From contig JAXLNO010000311.1 in assembly GCA_038087875.1 (NCBI GenBank), forward strand, positions 1 through 64,000: a DNA stretch of 64,000 bases, read 5' to 3'. The DNA comes from Malacoraja senta. Its lineage: Eukaryota. Made by a program: the position numbers and the translations under genes. Shown piece after piece: positions 33,926 to 45,365 of the stretch; positions within the stretch are counted from its first letter, which is position 1, and each line of letters begins with the position of its first letter. The notes under the pieces were generated by a model that saw only the letters and a list, made by a program, of their open reading frames with translations, was not told where the DNA came from and made no database searches.

Positions 33926-34299
33926 GGGCTTGCTTCCAACAGTTTTCGGATGGATAATGTGAATAAACATTTTATTAGATCAGAACTGTGTTTAATTTCA
34001 AAATTGGCGCTCATTCTGTGATTTTCGCTTGGTTGCAAGATGGCGCCGATGGCTGCCGCTGAGTGCATCATTTCCGGTTCGTGGCAAGCAGCGGGTGGGT
34101 GACGTCAAGATGGCGCCGAGTGCAGGCGCTGTTGAATAATTCAGGAGTTTACTGCTCTGTCTATGGTGCGTGTGTTTGTTGGACGTTATTTAAAGCATGA
34201 TTTTGCTTCAGTAGCAGCAGCCTGTACAGCAGGCTTTAAAGATTTGTTTTACACACTATATTCAACACGTTCTGAAGTTACTTGGCATTTTAGTATTGG

Positions 34300-34347
34300 G
34301 TGTGTGAGTGTGAATGAGTCTGTGTGTGTATGTGTGTGTGTGAATGA

Positions 34348-34398
<51 letters not shown>

Positions 34399-34797
34399 AG
34401 TCTGTGTGTGTATGTGTGAATGAGTCTGTGTGTGTGTGTGATTTAGTCTGTGTGTGTGAGGCTGTGAATGAGTCTGTGTGTATGTGTGAATGAGTCTGTG
34501 TGTGTGTGAATGAGTCTGTGTGTGTGTGCATGAGTGTATGTGTGAATGAGTCTGTGTGTGTGTATGTGTGAATGAGTCTGTGTGTGTGTATGTGTGAATG
34601 AATCTGAGTGTGTGAATGAGTCTTTGTGTGTGTGTGTGTGAATGAGTCTGTGAGTGTGTGTGTATGTGCGAATGAGTCTGTGTGTGTGTAAGTGTGAATG
34701 AGTCTGTATGAGTCTGTGTGTGTGTGTACGAGTCTGTGTGTGTGTATATGAGTCTGTGTGTGTGTCAGTGAGTCTGTGTTTGTGTGTGTCTGTGTGA
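34300..34797. repeat. (GT)n-based compound microsatellite with gaatgagtct interruptions
   Basis: Directly visible in the sequence. Confidence 0.97.
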
Positions 34798-35367
34798 GGT
34801 GGAGGGTGTGCATGATCAACAAATAACAAATAGTACAAATAATATAGTATTTCGTAGTTCAGAGCTTATTTGTTAAGTTTAATAGCCTGATGGCTGTCAG
34901 GGAGAAGCTGTTCCACAATGTAGATGTTACAGTTTTCAGTTTACAAAAGTCGGACGTGACTCCAAAAGTCGGGCATGTCAGTCAGTCCGCAAGCCATGAG
35001 TCAGTCAGTCCGTCCAAAGGTCATGAGTTAATCCCAAGGCAGTGAGTGCGTCTAGACGTCATGAGTAAGTCGCTCACCCCCCCTCCCCCACTGACATCCC
35101 CCACCTCGATACTGCCCTCTGCCTGGCTATAGGATGCGCCCCCTCCTGCCCCCTACTGAAGCCGCCTACATCCCCCGCTGGAGGACACCCCCCCCTTTCT
35201 CATCAGCCGACGAGAGCCCCCGCCTGAGGCTGTCCCCCTCCCTTGGCTGCACGACAGATGCCACCCCCACCCCACCCTGACAGCCCCCCGCCTCCAAAAA
35301 ATGTTTTGCACAAATTCTTCAGTGTTCATTAACAACTGAAATTGTCTTTGGGCTGCTTTTTCGACAT

Positions 35368-36569
35368 CATGTCAGGAAAAGTTAGAGGTCAAGGTGATGT
35401 GGCTATTGCTGTAGCATCCTCTGGGATAGCAGCTACATTAATGCCTGGTGGAAGAACTACACATTCTCGATTCAAGATACCCATCCAAGTGGCCGAGGAT
35501 ACATTCTGCAACTTCGAGAAGAACTCTAAGACGGCACATTTCATGAGGAAAGTGAAAGTCATTGTTTGGGATGAATGTCCAATGATTAGGAGAGAAAGCT
35601 TTGAAGCGGTGGACAGAACTCTTCAAGATGTCTGCAGCAACACTAAGTCTTTTGGCAGCATTCTTATCATATGTTGTGGCGATTTTTAACAACTACTTGC
35701 TGTGGTGAAAAAGGGAAGTGATGCTGATATTGAAAATGCCTGCATCAGGAAATCCTACTTGTGGAGACTTTTCACCAAGTTTCAATTGCACACAAATATG
35801 CGATTGACAGAGGGAGAAGGCGACTATTCTCAATTTTTGTTGAAACTTGGAGAAGACAAGATTTTAAAGAATGAAGCCGATGAAATTGAAATCCCACAAG
35901 ACATGCTTCAATCAGCAGAAGCACTGGAGGATTGTATCCAACATTTGACAATCCTGCAGAATTATTCTCCAACAATTGGTTCCTCACAACGACACCATGA
36001 GAAGCATCAATTCTACATGCATCAAACGCTTCCTTGGAATCGTTAAGGAGTACTTTTCTTTCAATGCTGTCACTGAGGGAACTCATGATACTCATTTCCC
36101 AACAGAATTCCTCAATTCACTCGAGCTCTCTGGATTACCACCACACAAATTGGAGTTGAAAAAAGGATCTCCAATCATATTAATGAGAAACTTGGAGCCG
36201 CCAAAGCTATGCAATGGAACGAGGATGATTGTGGAAGAGCTACACAATAATCTGATCGTTGCAAGAATCAACATGGGAGCCTTCAAAGATGACATTGTTC
36301 TCATTCCTAGGATAACACTCATTTTTACAGAAGGTGAAGACATTCCCCTTCAGCGAACCCAATTCCCCATTCAATCAAGTTTTGCTATGACGATCCATAA
36401 AGCACAAGGACAAACAATACAGGTGTCCATCTACCTCGACAAACCGGTATTTCAGCATGGACAACTATATGTGGCTCTTAGCTGAGGAAAGATGAAGGGA
36501 AATGTCAAGGTTTTCCTGAAGGATGGAACATCGACCAAGAATGTTGTCATTAAAAGCGTGCTTCGTTGA
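35368..36569 (+). pseudogene. Helitron PIF1-family helicase, C-terminal part, disrupted
   Basis: AVASSGIAATLMPGGRTTHSRFKIP, IVWDECPM, GDF*QL, LMRNLEPPKLCNGTR, FAMTIHKAQGQT, VFQHGQLYVALS*; stops and a frameshift; Walker A motif absent. Confidence 0.93.
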
Positions 36570-37433
36570 ATGATGACTTCTGAGATAAATTCTCAGATTT
36601 TCTTTCTTAAAATGTAACCGCTGAATTTCTCTATATTAAAATTGTCTCTTTTTATCAACAGGAAATAGTCATCAAGAGGCAGTGAGCAGCAGAACACAAC
36701 AAGAGACACAACAAGAGAGAACTTAATAATTCTCATCTTTAACATTTAAATTGTTCTTATATTTTAAGTCATTCACATTTTAAACTTTAATAAATCCTTT
36801 TTGCACTTTTGATGCCTTCGTGTCCTTCATCACAATGCGAACCTAATAGGCAGGAATGGCTGCTCTGTGGGAGAGCCTCTAAGAGTGAATGGGGGGAGGT
36901 TGTGGGGAGATGCACTGAATGTGTGGGTGGGAGGGGAATGGCAAGGAGCAGAATGGAGGAGTGACGGGAAGTGGGGTAACTGAGTGAACTGCCAGCGTAC
37001 CATGCGTGAGTGACTGCACTGCCAGCCCACGAGCCATGAGTAAGTAAACTGCCAGCCCACCAGCCGCAAGTGAGTGAACTGCCAGCCCAATAATCCATTC
37101 AGCCCCCCTTCTCCCCCTTCTCTCTCACAGTCTGTCACCTGTTTTGGGCAGAATTTCTGGCAGTTTCTCAGCTGCCAGCCTGCCAGGTCCGAGTGATTGT
37201 ACTGCCAGGCCTCAGTTACTGAGCTGCCAGCCCAAGAATCCATTCGGCCCACAAACTCCATACTAGCCCTCTGGAAACCAGTACCTTTGGCCCACAACAC
37301 CCATACTAGCGCAACAGAAAGCGCCCCCCCCCACTGGCCAGCAATATTGGAATTGGTGGAGAGGTGGAATATTGCGTTGGGTGACCAGCCCTCCCGTGTG
37401 ATGCTGGGTCCCAACGGGTCCCACTTAGTCTAG

Positions 37434-37862
37434 TAGAGCTATAGAAACATAGTCACAGACTCACAGAGCCATAGATTCATAGTGCCTTAGTCACAGTCAC
37501 AGAGTCACAGAGTCACAGAGCCACAGAGTCACAGAGTCATAGAGCCAGATTCATAGAGTCATAGAGCCAGATTCATAGAGCCACAGAGTCACAGAGTCAC
37601 AGAGCCACAGAGTGATAGATCCACAGAGTTACAGAGCCATAGATCCACAGTCACATAGTCACAGAGTCACACAGTCACAGAGTCACAGAGTGATAGATCC
37701 ACAGTCACAGTCACAGTCACAGAGTCACAGAGCCAGATTCATAGTCACAGAGTCTAAGTTTTAGAGTCATGGCCCCATAGAACATTAGAGGCAAAGAGCA
37801 CTAGACTAATCGTCAGTTAGTCCTAGAGTCTTAGAGCCATAGAGTCATAGAATCATAGACAT
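37434..37862. repeat. (AGTCACAG/AGTCATAG)n 8-bp satellite, probably the expanded tail of the adjacent minus-strand CR1 3' end (37863-38055)
   Basis: Visible 8-bp periodicity; continues left of the Helitron at about 32810-32875. Confidence 0.9.
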
Positions 37863-38344
37863 ACAGACCAGAAACAGGCCCATCGGCCCAACACGCCCCA
37901 TCTCCACTAGTCGCACCTGCCCACTATTGGCCCATATCTGACAAAACCTCTCCTATCCGTGTACCTGTCAAATTGTTCCAAAAAAATTGTGGTCGTACCT
38001 GCCTCAACTACCTCCTCCGGCAACTCGTTCCATACACCCACCATCCTCTGTGTGAAATTGGCGTCACAGGTAAACAGGTATTATAGAGCAGAGGGATCAA
38101 GGAGTGCAGGTACATTGTTCCCTGAAAGTGGCAGCACATGTAGATGGAGTATTATAGAGCAGAGAGATGTAGGAGTGGAGGTACATCACATGTAGACAGG
38201 GTGTATTATAGAGCAGACAGATGTAGGAATGCAGGTACATCACATGTAGACAGGGTGTATTATAGAGCAGACATCTAGGAGTGCAGGTACATTGTTCCCT
38301 GAAAGTGGCAGCACATGTAGACGGAGATTACAGAGATTACAGAT

Positions 38345-38730
38345 TGTGGATATTCGGTATGTCAAAGAGGATTCTCTTGAACTTCCACGGGTGCACAGTA
38401 GAGAGCATACTGACTGCTTGGTTCAGCAAATTGCCTGGTTCGGCAATTTGAACGTCCAGGAGCGGACAAGACTGCAAACAGTTGTGACCACTGCCCAGTC
38501 CATCATCGGCTCTGACCTCCCCACCATCGAAAGGATCTATCGTAGACGCTGCCTCAAAAAGGCTGCCAACATCAAAGACCCACACCATCCTGGCCACACA
38601 CTCATCTCACTGCCATCGGGAAGAAGGTACAGGAGCCTGAAAACTAACATCCAGGTTCAGGAACAGCTTCTTCCCTACAGCCATCAGGCCATTAAACACA
38701 ACAACGAATAAGCTCTGAACTACAATAGAC

Positions 38731-38781
<51 letters not shown>

Positions 38782-38920
38782 ACTGTTATTGTTTGTTCTT
38801 TTTTACTGAGTTTGTGTTATATTAGTAATTATGATTAGTTGATGACATATTGTGTTGTGCAGCAGCAAGTAAGCATTTCATTATTCTATCTGGGACAGAT
38901 GACAATAAAACACTCTTGAC
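38345..38920 (+). mobile_element. Rex1/Babar-like LINE 3' end with (TAT)n
   Basis: IAWFGNL...RLQTVVTTAQSIIGSDLPTIERIYRRRCLKKAANIKDPHHPGHTLISLPSGRRYRSLKT; (TAT)n at 38731-38780. Confidence 0.8.
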
Positions 38921-40494
38921 TGGGAGTGTCGTGGAGCAGCGGGAGCAGCGCGAGCAGCGGAATCTCGGAATACAGCTAGATAATTCCCTGAATTCAATAT
39001 TCTATGTGCTGCCTCACCAATGTCTTGTGCAATTTGGGCGTAGCTCCCTTTCGGGGTGTTCGGTGTGTTTCTGATAAGGTTTATAACCTCCGCCCCTTTC
39101 TCAATAGTCTCTCGAGAATATACAGCCTCCCATTTGAGCATTTTCCAGAGAGCTGTGGATTCGTACAGAACGTGTAAAACTGCATTGAGGTGGGAGACAG
39201 GGGGAAAGGAGGGAGCTCCGCACTGTGGGAGGACAGGGAAAGGTGGGGGAGACAAGGGAGCGAAGGGGTTACACAGGCGAGGAGAGAGGTGTAGGGGCCG
39301 GAGTGGAGGGGGATGCAGAGATGGGGAGAGAGGTGTTGGGGACGGGGATGGGGTGTGTGGGGGATTATAAGAAATTATCTTTCTCTCTCTCTTACAGCAA
39401 CTCAAGGGGAGAAAGTGGGGTGGGGAGAATATGTCCACATCCGATATAGACCATGCTGCCCCTCTAGGGGAATGCATGGAGAAAGGGAGGGTTCTACACT
39501 TATGTACAACACTCAGGTAAAGCCTTCCACTCCCCTCCCACAGTGCGGCGCTCCCTCCTCTCACCCCTCCCCTCCCACAGTGCGGCGCTCCCTCCTCTCA
39601 CCCCTCCTCTCCCCTCATTTCCTACAAAACCCATCCCTTCCGGCCGCTACACCTCTCTGCCCATCTCTGTAACCCCCTCCCCTCCACTCCCGCAGTGTGA
39701 ATCTCTCTCCTCTCCCCCCTCCCTCAATGCGGCGCTCCCTTCTCTGCCCCTTCTCATCTACATTTTACTATTCATTTCTCTCTCTCTCCACTTGTCTCCA
39801 CCCTTCTCTCTCTATCTCTCTCCCACCCCTCTCTCCCTCCTCACCCCCCACCCCTCTTCATACCCTCCCTATCCCTCTCTCTACCTCCCTTAGAATCGAA
39901 CGGAAGGACATAGGGGGAACTGGACTGATCTTTCTCACATCGACCTTGGTGAACTCACAATGTCATCTTCAAAAGCTTTGGTAATCTTGACATTCGCGTC
40001 ATTGGGATTTAGGAGCGCAGGTACATCGTTCCTGAAAGTATCGTCACAGGTACATTTAATAGGAAGCTGAAGGGCAACGTTCTTACACAGTAGTTGGTGT
40101 ATGGAACGAGCCGCCAGAGGACGTTCTGCTTCTGGTTGGTAGGTAGTTGAGGCATGGTCTATCCCAACATTTAAAAGACACTGACTTGTACAGGCACACG
40201 GATAGCACAGGTTTAAACTTTAAATGCAGAAATGGAGTGAGCGGGTGGGAGAGTAAGCGAGGGAGGGAGGGAGGGAAGGAGGGAGGGAGTGAGGGAGGGA
40301 GATATCAGATACATATAGTCAAAGAATGATACAGTGTGGAAACAGGCCTTCAGCCCAACTTGCCCACACTGACCAACATGTCCCATCTACACTCGTCCCA
40401 CCTGCCCGCGTTTGGCCCATATCCCTCTAAACCTGTCCTATCCAAGTACCTGCCCAAATGTCACGCTAAAGCAAAATCATCCATTCTTTGACAT

Positions 40495-40701
40495 TTCCAT
40501 CCCTTTCACCCTCTCTCTCCCCCTATCTCCCTCTCGCACCCCATGTCTCCTCTCACTTCCGCTCTCTCTCCCCCCTCTCCCCCTCTCTTCCTGTCTCTCC
40601 CCCTCTCTCCCCGTCTCTCCTTCTCGCACCCCATGTCTCCCCTTCTCTCACTTCTGCTCTCTCTCCCCATCTCTCCCCCTCTCTCCCTTCTCTCATCCCT
40701 T

Positions 40702-40753
<52 letters not shown>

Positions 40754-41005
40754 ATTTCTCTCCTCTATCCCCCCCTCTCTGCCCCCTCTCCCCCCGCACT
40801 CGCTCTCCACCTCTCTCTCCTCGCCTCTCCCCCTTCTCTCCCTCTTTCTCTCACCCTCTCGCTCTCCCCCACCTTCTCTCCCTCTTGCTCTCCCCCTCTC
40901 TTCCCTCACTTTCTTCCACCAACTACACCCCCCTCTCTCTCGCCCTCTGTCCCCACACTCTCTCTCCTCTCTCTCCTCTCTCTCTTCTCTCTCCACTTCC
41001 CCCTG
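40495..41005. repeat. Polypyrimidine (CT-rich) low-complexity tract
   Basis: Directly visible; pure (CT)n core around 40706-40748. Confidence 0.95.
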
Positions 41006-42024
41006 TCCTTGGTCAAACTAACTTACTAGTGATTATGCACATGGCGCTGAGTTCAGCGCAACGGGTCCAGTCATTGCATAAGTTAACACTGGATAGGAAG
41101 ATCTGCGGGCAATAATAAGGTTTTATGTTGATGACTTAGTCAAGCAGAGTAGACCAGGGGCATAAGGTCAAACTAGATGTTTGCATATCCCATGGACCTT
41201 GGGTTGTGTGGGGTCACACATCTACACCAGAATGTTAAGGTCCCTAAGAGCCTTATAGACTCTGAACTAGCAATATTGTTAGTTATATAAAACCTCGTTA
41301 GAAGGTATCACTACAGACCATCTCCAAGGGGTTAAACGGGTCTGGCTTACGTGCCTACTCCTGCACCTACAGTATTTTCTATGTTTCCATGTAAATCTCA
41401 CATTCCAATTAATCTCCTCTCTCAATTTTCCCACCACCCACATTCACTTGGGGAAAATTACCTTCCAGTCAAATAACCTGATCCTACCTCACAAATGTTT
41501 ATAAACACTTTAAGTGTAACCTTGTTAAATGTCTTCTGAACAGAAGTGATTCATCTTCCCATTTTCTCTACCATCTCAAAAATGTACATACTTCAGCCGG
41601 CATAACTACACTTTTACACATCCTTACTCTTCTCTCTGATATATTCACAGCAGGTCAAGAGCACAATTGCTCAAGCCCTGAGGAATGTATTGCTGGACTC
41701 GACTCTCAATATTAATCAGCAAAAGACCCATGTTCTAGGGTATGATTACATTACAAAACTACCAAACAACCTTTCCATTTTCAGTCGAAAATAAGGTAAA
41801 ATAAGGTAAAAAGCAGGAACGGGGTACTGATTTTGGATGATCAGCATGCGTGCTGGCGCTATAAACTTGACACAGAAATATAACATGTTGGAAATGATCC
41901 AACAGCATCTGTGGAGGTAAATAGAGTAGCAACATTTTAGTTGCCAAATTAAATGATGAAGGTCTAGAATGCGAATTCAGATTTCCTCTCCTTAAGCTTG
42001 AACTTTTCCTTGCTTTCTGGGTAT

Positions 42025-42298
42025 TTAGTTTAATTTAGAGATACAGTGCAGAAGCAGGCCACTGAATCCTCGCCGACCAGCGATCCCCGCACACTATCAC
42101 TATTCTATGCACACTTGGGACAATTTAGAATTTTACTAAGCCAATTGGTATGTCATTGGAATGTGGGAGGAATCCGGAGGAAACCTGCGCCTGTCATGGG
42201 AAGTACGTACAAACTCCATGCGGACAGAAACCGTAGTCAGGATCAAACCCGGGTCCCTTGCGCTGTAAGGCTGCAGCTCTGCCGCTGCACCACCGTGC
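42025..42298 (-). mobile_element. tRNA-derived V-SINE (HE1-like)
   Basis: Minus strand tggtgcagcgg (A-box-like) and ggtttgatcc (B-box-like); tail homologous to CR1 3' ends. Confidence 0.75.
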
Positions 42299-43099
42299 TG
42301 AACCATATTTTTAGCATTTCCTGTCAAATCCTAAACTGTATCAGAAGATGACTTCTCATGCAGTCTTGGTCTTATGCCATTTCAAATATTGCTTTGAAAA
42401 TATTACTACAATGGTTTATGAATAATAGAATTATAGAATAATCCCAGTTAAAAATCATTGTGAAAAATTTAATTCCCTCCAAATTACATTCCCTTCTGTT
42501 GTGCAACAAGTAAGAATTTCATTGTCCTATCTGGGACATATGACAATAAAATACTCTTGACTCTTGAAGATGTGAGGAAGGGTCTCAACCTGAAATGTCA
42601 CCTATTTCTTTTTGCCAGAAATGCTGCATGACCCACTGAGTTACTCCAGCATTTTGTTTCTATCTTCAGTGTAAACCAGCATCTGCAGTTCCTTCTTACA
42701 AAGATATTCCGCTACCACCTGAGTTCCTACAGCAGTTGTTTTTATGATACTAGGTTGTCATGCAATTGAGACATGCTGTGAGCTTCCTTTCAAAGGAGGA
42801 CAATTAAGCCCATATGCTCAATCCTTGCACATTTTTACCAATGACGTATTGTAAAGCCTTAACAGTACAATTTACATTCAGCTTTCAGATAATGCATTCG
42901 ACCACAAACAGATGTCTATCTCATTAAATTCTACCAGATAAGGCTTGGAAAGTCTGAAAAGGGGTCTCGACCCGAAACGTCACCCATTCCTTCTCTCCAG
43001 AGATGCTGCCTGTCCCGCTGAGTTACTCCAGCTTTCTGTGTCTATCATTGAAAGACATTCTCCCTCCCCCACACTTCCTGCAGCTTAACATGCTTCTTT

Positions 43100-43990
43100 T
43101 TTTTCTCCTAGAAAAAGACACAAAGTGCTGGGACAACTCGACGGGTCAGCCAGTATCATTGGAAAACATGGATATGTGGTGTTGTGGAACAGGATCCTTC
43201 TTCAGACTCATTGTGGGAGGTTGTGGGGGGATGGTATGGGCATTGTAGAGGGGGAGGGGGAGGGGGAGATGAAGGAAACTGGATGAAAGGAGGGGCAGGT
43301 AATAGGTGAACATAGGTGAGGAGGCGGTAATGGGGGGAGTTGATAGGGAGATTATTGGACAAGGGCCAGAGATAAAAATATAGAAGGTGTGCAACCAAAT
43401 AATCGAAAAGTTGCAAATGGCAAATTTAGAGGGAAGGGGGAGGGGAGGGAAATAGGTGCAAGTCCAGGTGGGCTACAGGGGAGGGGGGGCAACGGTGGGG
43501 AGAAATATGGGTGTGGGGGAGAAAGGGGAGGAGGAGGAGAGTAGGGCTTAGGTTTCCTAAAATTGGCGAGTTCAATAATCACACCATCAGGTTGAAAGCT
43601 ATCCAAGATGAATGTTAGGGGCTGTTTGCATGTGACCTCACACTGGCAATGGAGGAGGCCCAAGACAGAAAGGTCAATATGGCAATGGGAAAGGAAGTTC
43701 AAATGGTTAGCAACCAGGAGATCCAGTGCAGAAGTCCATGGCAGATCCAGTGCATATTTTTGGCGAAATGGTCGTGGAGTCAATGCTTGGTCTCGTCGAT
43801 ATACAGGAGGCCACATTGGGAACACCGGATGCAATAGATCAGTTTAGAGAAGGTGTACATGAACCTCTTGTCTCACCCAGAAGGACTGCTATGGTCCCTC
43901 GAGGCAGACCACAGAGGAGGTACAGGAACAGATGTTACATCCGCAGTTGCAGGGGAGATTACCTGGGATGCGATGGTTTGGGTGGAAAGT
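43100..43990 (-). mobile_element. Penelope-like element 3' fragment, heavily decayed
   Basis: LLVANHLNFLSH...DLSVLGLLHCQ; homologous to the other PLE copies. Confidence 0.7.
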
Positions 43991-45054
43991 GATGAGAATT
44001 TTAGGTAACCTAACCCCCCCATTTCTTCCCCTCCCCTGTTCCCCATCTGGACTTGCATCTATTTCTGCCCTCCCCCGTCCCCTTCATCCATTCCTCTATT
44101 TTCACAATTCACCATTCTTTAATCCTTTTGTCTTTTCATCTCTGGCCTTTGTCCAATCATTTGCCTGTCGGAAAATCCTCTCTGCAACATTTTAGATTAG
44201 TTTATTGTTTCGTGTACAGAGGTACAGTGAAAAGCTTTTGTTGCCTGCTAACCAGTCAGCGTAAAGACAATACATGATTACAAACTAACCATTTACAGTG
44301 TAGAGATACATGATGAGGGAATAACATTTAGTGCAAGGTAAAGCCAGTAAAGTCCGATCAAAGAAAGTCCGAGGGTCACCAATGATGCAGAAAGTAGTTC
44401 AGGACTGCTCTCTCATTTTGGTATCTATCACCTATCATCTGCCATACTTTGTTCTGCCCCTCCTCCCTTCTAGCTTTATTTACCCTCACAATCAGTTTGA
44501 AGAATGGTCCTGACCCAAAACCTTAGCATCCTACGCTCTCCAGTAATGCTGCCTGTCCCACTGAGTTATTCCAACACTGTGTCTTATTTTGTTAACCATC
44601 ATCTTCAGTTCCTCCTTTCTCCTCCTTCCCAGTCCTGAAGGGTCTCTGGCCTGAAACATTAGCTCTGCTTTCCTGCCCACAGATGCGGCCTGACCTACTG
44701 CATATTGCCAGTGTGTTCGGTATTTTACTAAAGTCAATTTTAATAATACTATTCCTGCATGCATTAATGAATTACTGTCCTTTTCAACTATGTTCAAGGT
44801 ATGAACATTTCAGCATGCAATTCTACCGTAAAAATATCATAAAAATACCAAACAACAGTGTTATTCAAACAAGTAGTTAATATCGAGACATGTTGGAATC
44901 TTGAGCAATTAAATACTGGAGGAACTCAGTGAGTCAGGCAGCATCTGTGGCTGGAATGGACAGGTAATGTTTTGAGTCAGGACCCGTCTTCAGTAGTTTA
45001 AATAGTTTTGAATCTAGCTACTTGCAACAAATCAGTAATTTTAGTGGGTTTTAA

Positions 45055-45365
45055 GGTTAGTTTAGAGTTATGGCGGAAACAGGCCTTTCGGCCCACTGAG
45101 TCCATGCTGACCATTGATCTCCCATTCACTCTAGTTATTCCACTTTCTCGTCCACTCTTTACACACTAGGGGCAATTTACATAGGCCAATTAACCTACAA
45201 ACCTGCATGCCTTTGGGTTGTGGGAGGAAACCGGAACACCTGGAGGAAACCCACTCGGTCACAGTGAAAATGTGCAAACTCCACATAGACAGACCTGAAG
45301 TCAGGATTGAACCTGGGTCTCTGGCGCTATGAGGCAGCAACTCTCTACCATTGCACCACTGTGCT
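45055..45365 (-). mobile_element. tRNA-derived V-SINE (HE1-like)
   Basis: ggttcaatcc B box and ccggttttcctcccaca V-domain core on the minus strand. Confidence 0.8.

Larger units (their letters stand above)
32876..37433 (+). mobile_element. Helitron, internally deleted (no Rep domain visible), both termini present
   Basis: 5' A|TCTATATTACTAAAAG at 32876; 3' imperfect hairpin tgggtcccaacgggtccca then CTAG|T at 37430-37433; inserted between A and T without a TSD; contains a PIF1 helicase pseudogene. Confidence 0.9.

Noticed and set aside
34262..34838. His/Thr-rich ORFs
   Set aside because: Translation of a GT microsatellite.
35368..36569. Host PIF1 gene
   Set aside because: Intronless, disrupted and enclosed by Helitron termini.
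40412..41115. Leu/Ser/Pro-rich and Arg/Glu-rich ORFs
   Set aside because: Translation of CT-rich low-complexity DNA.
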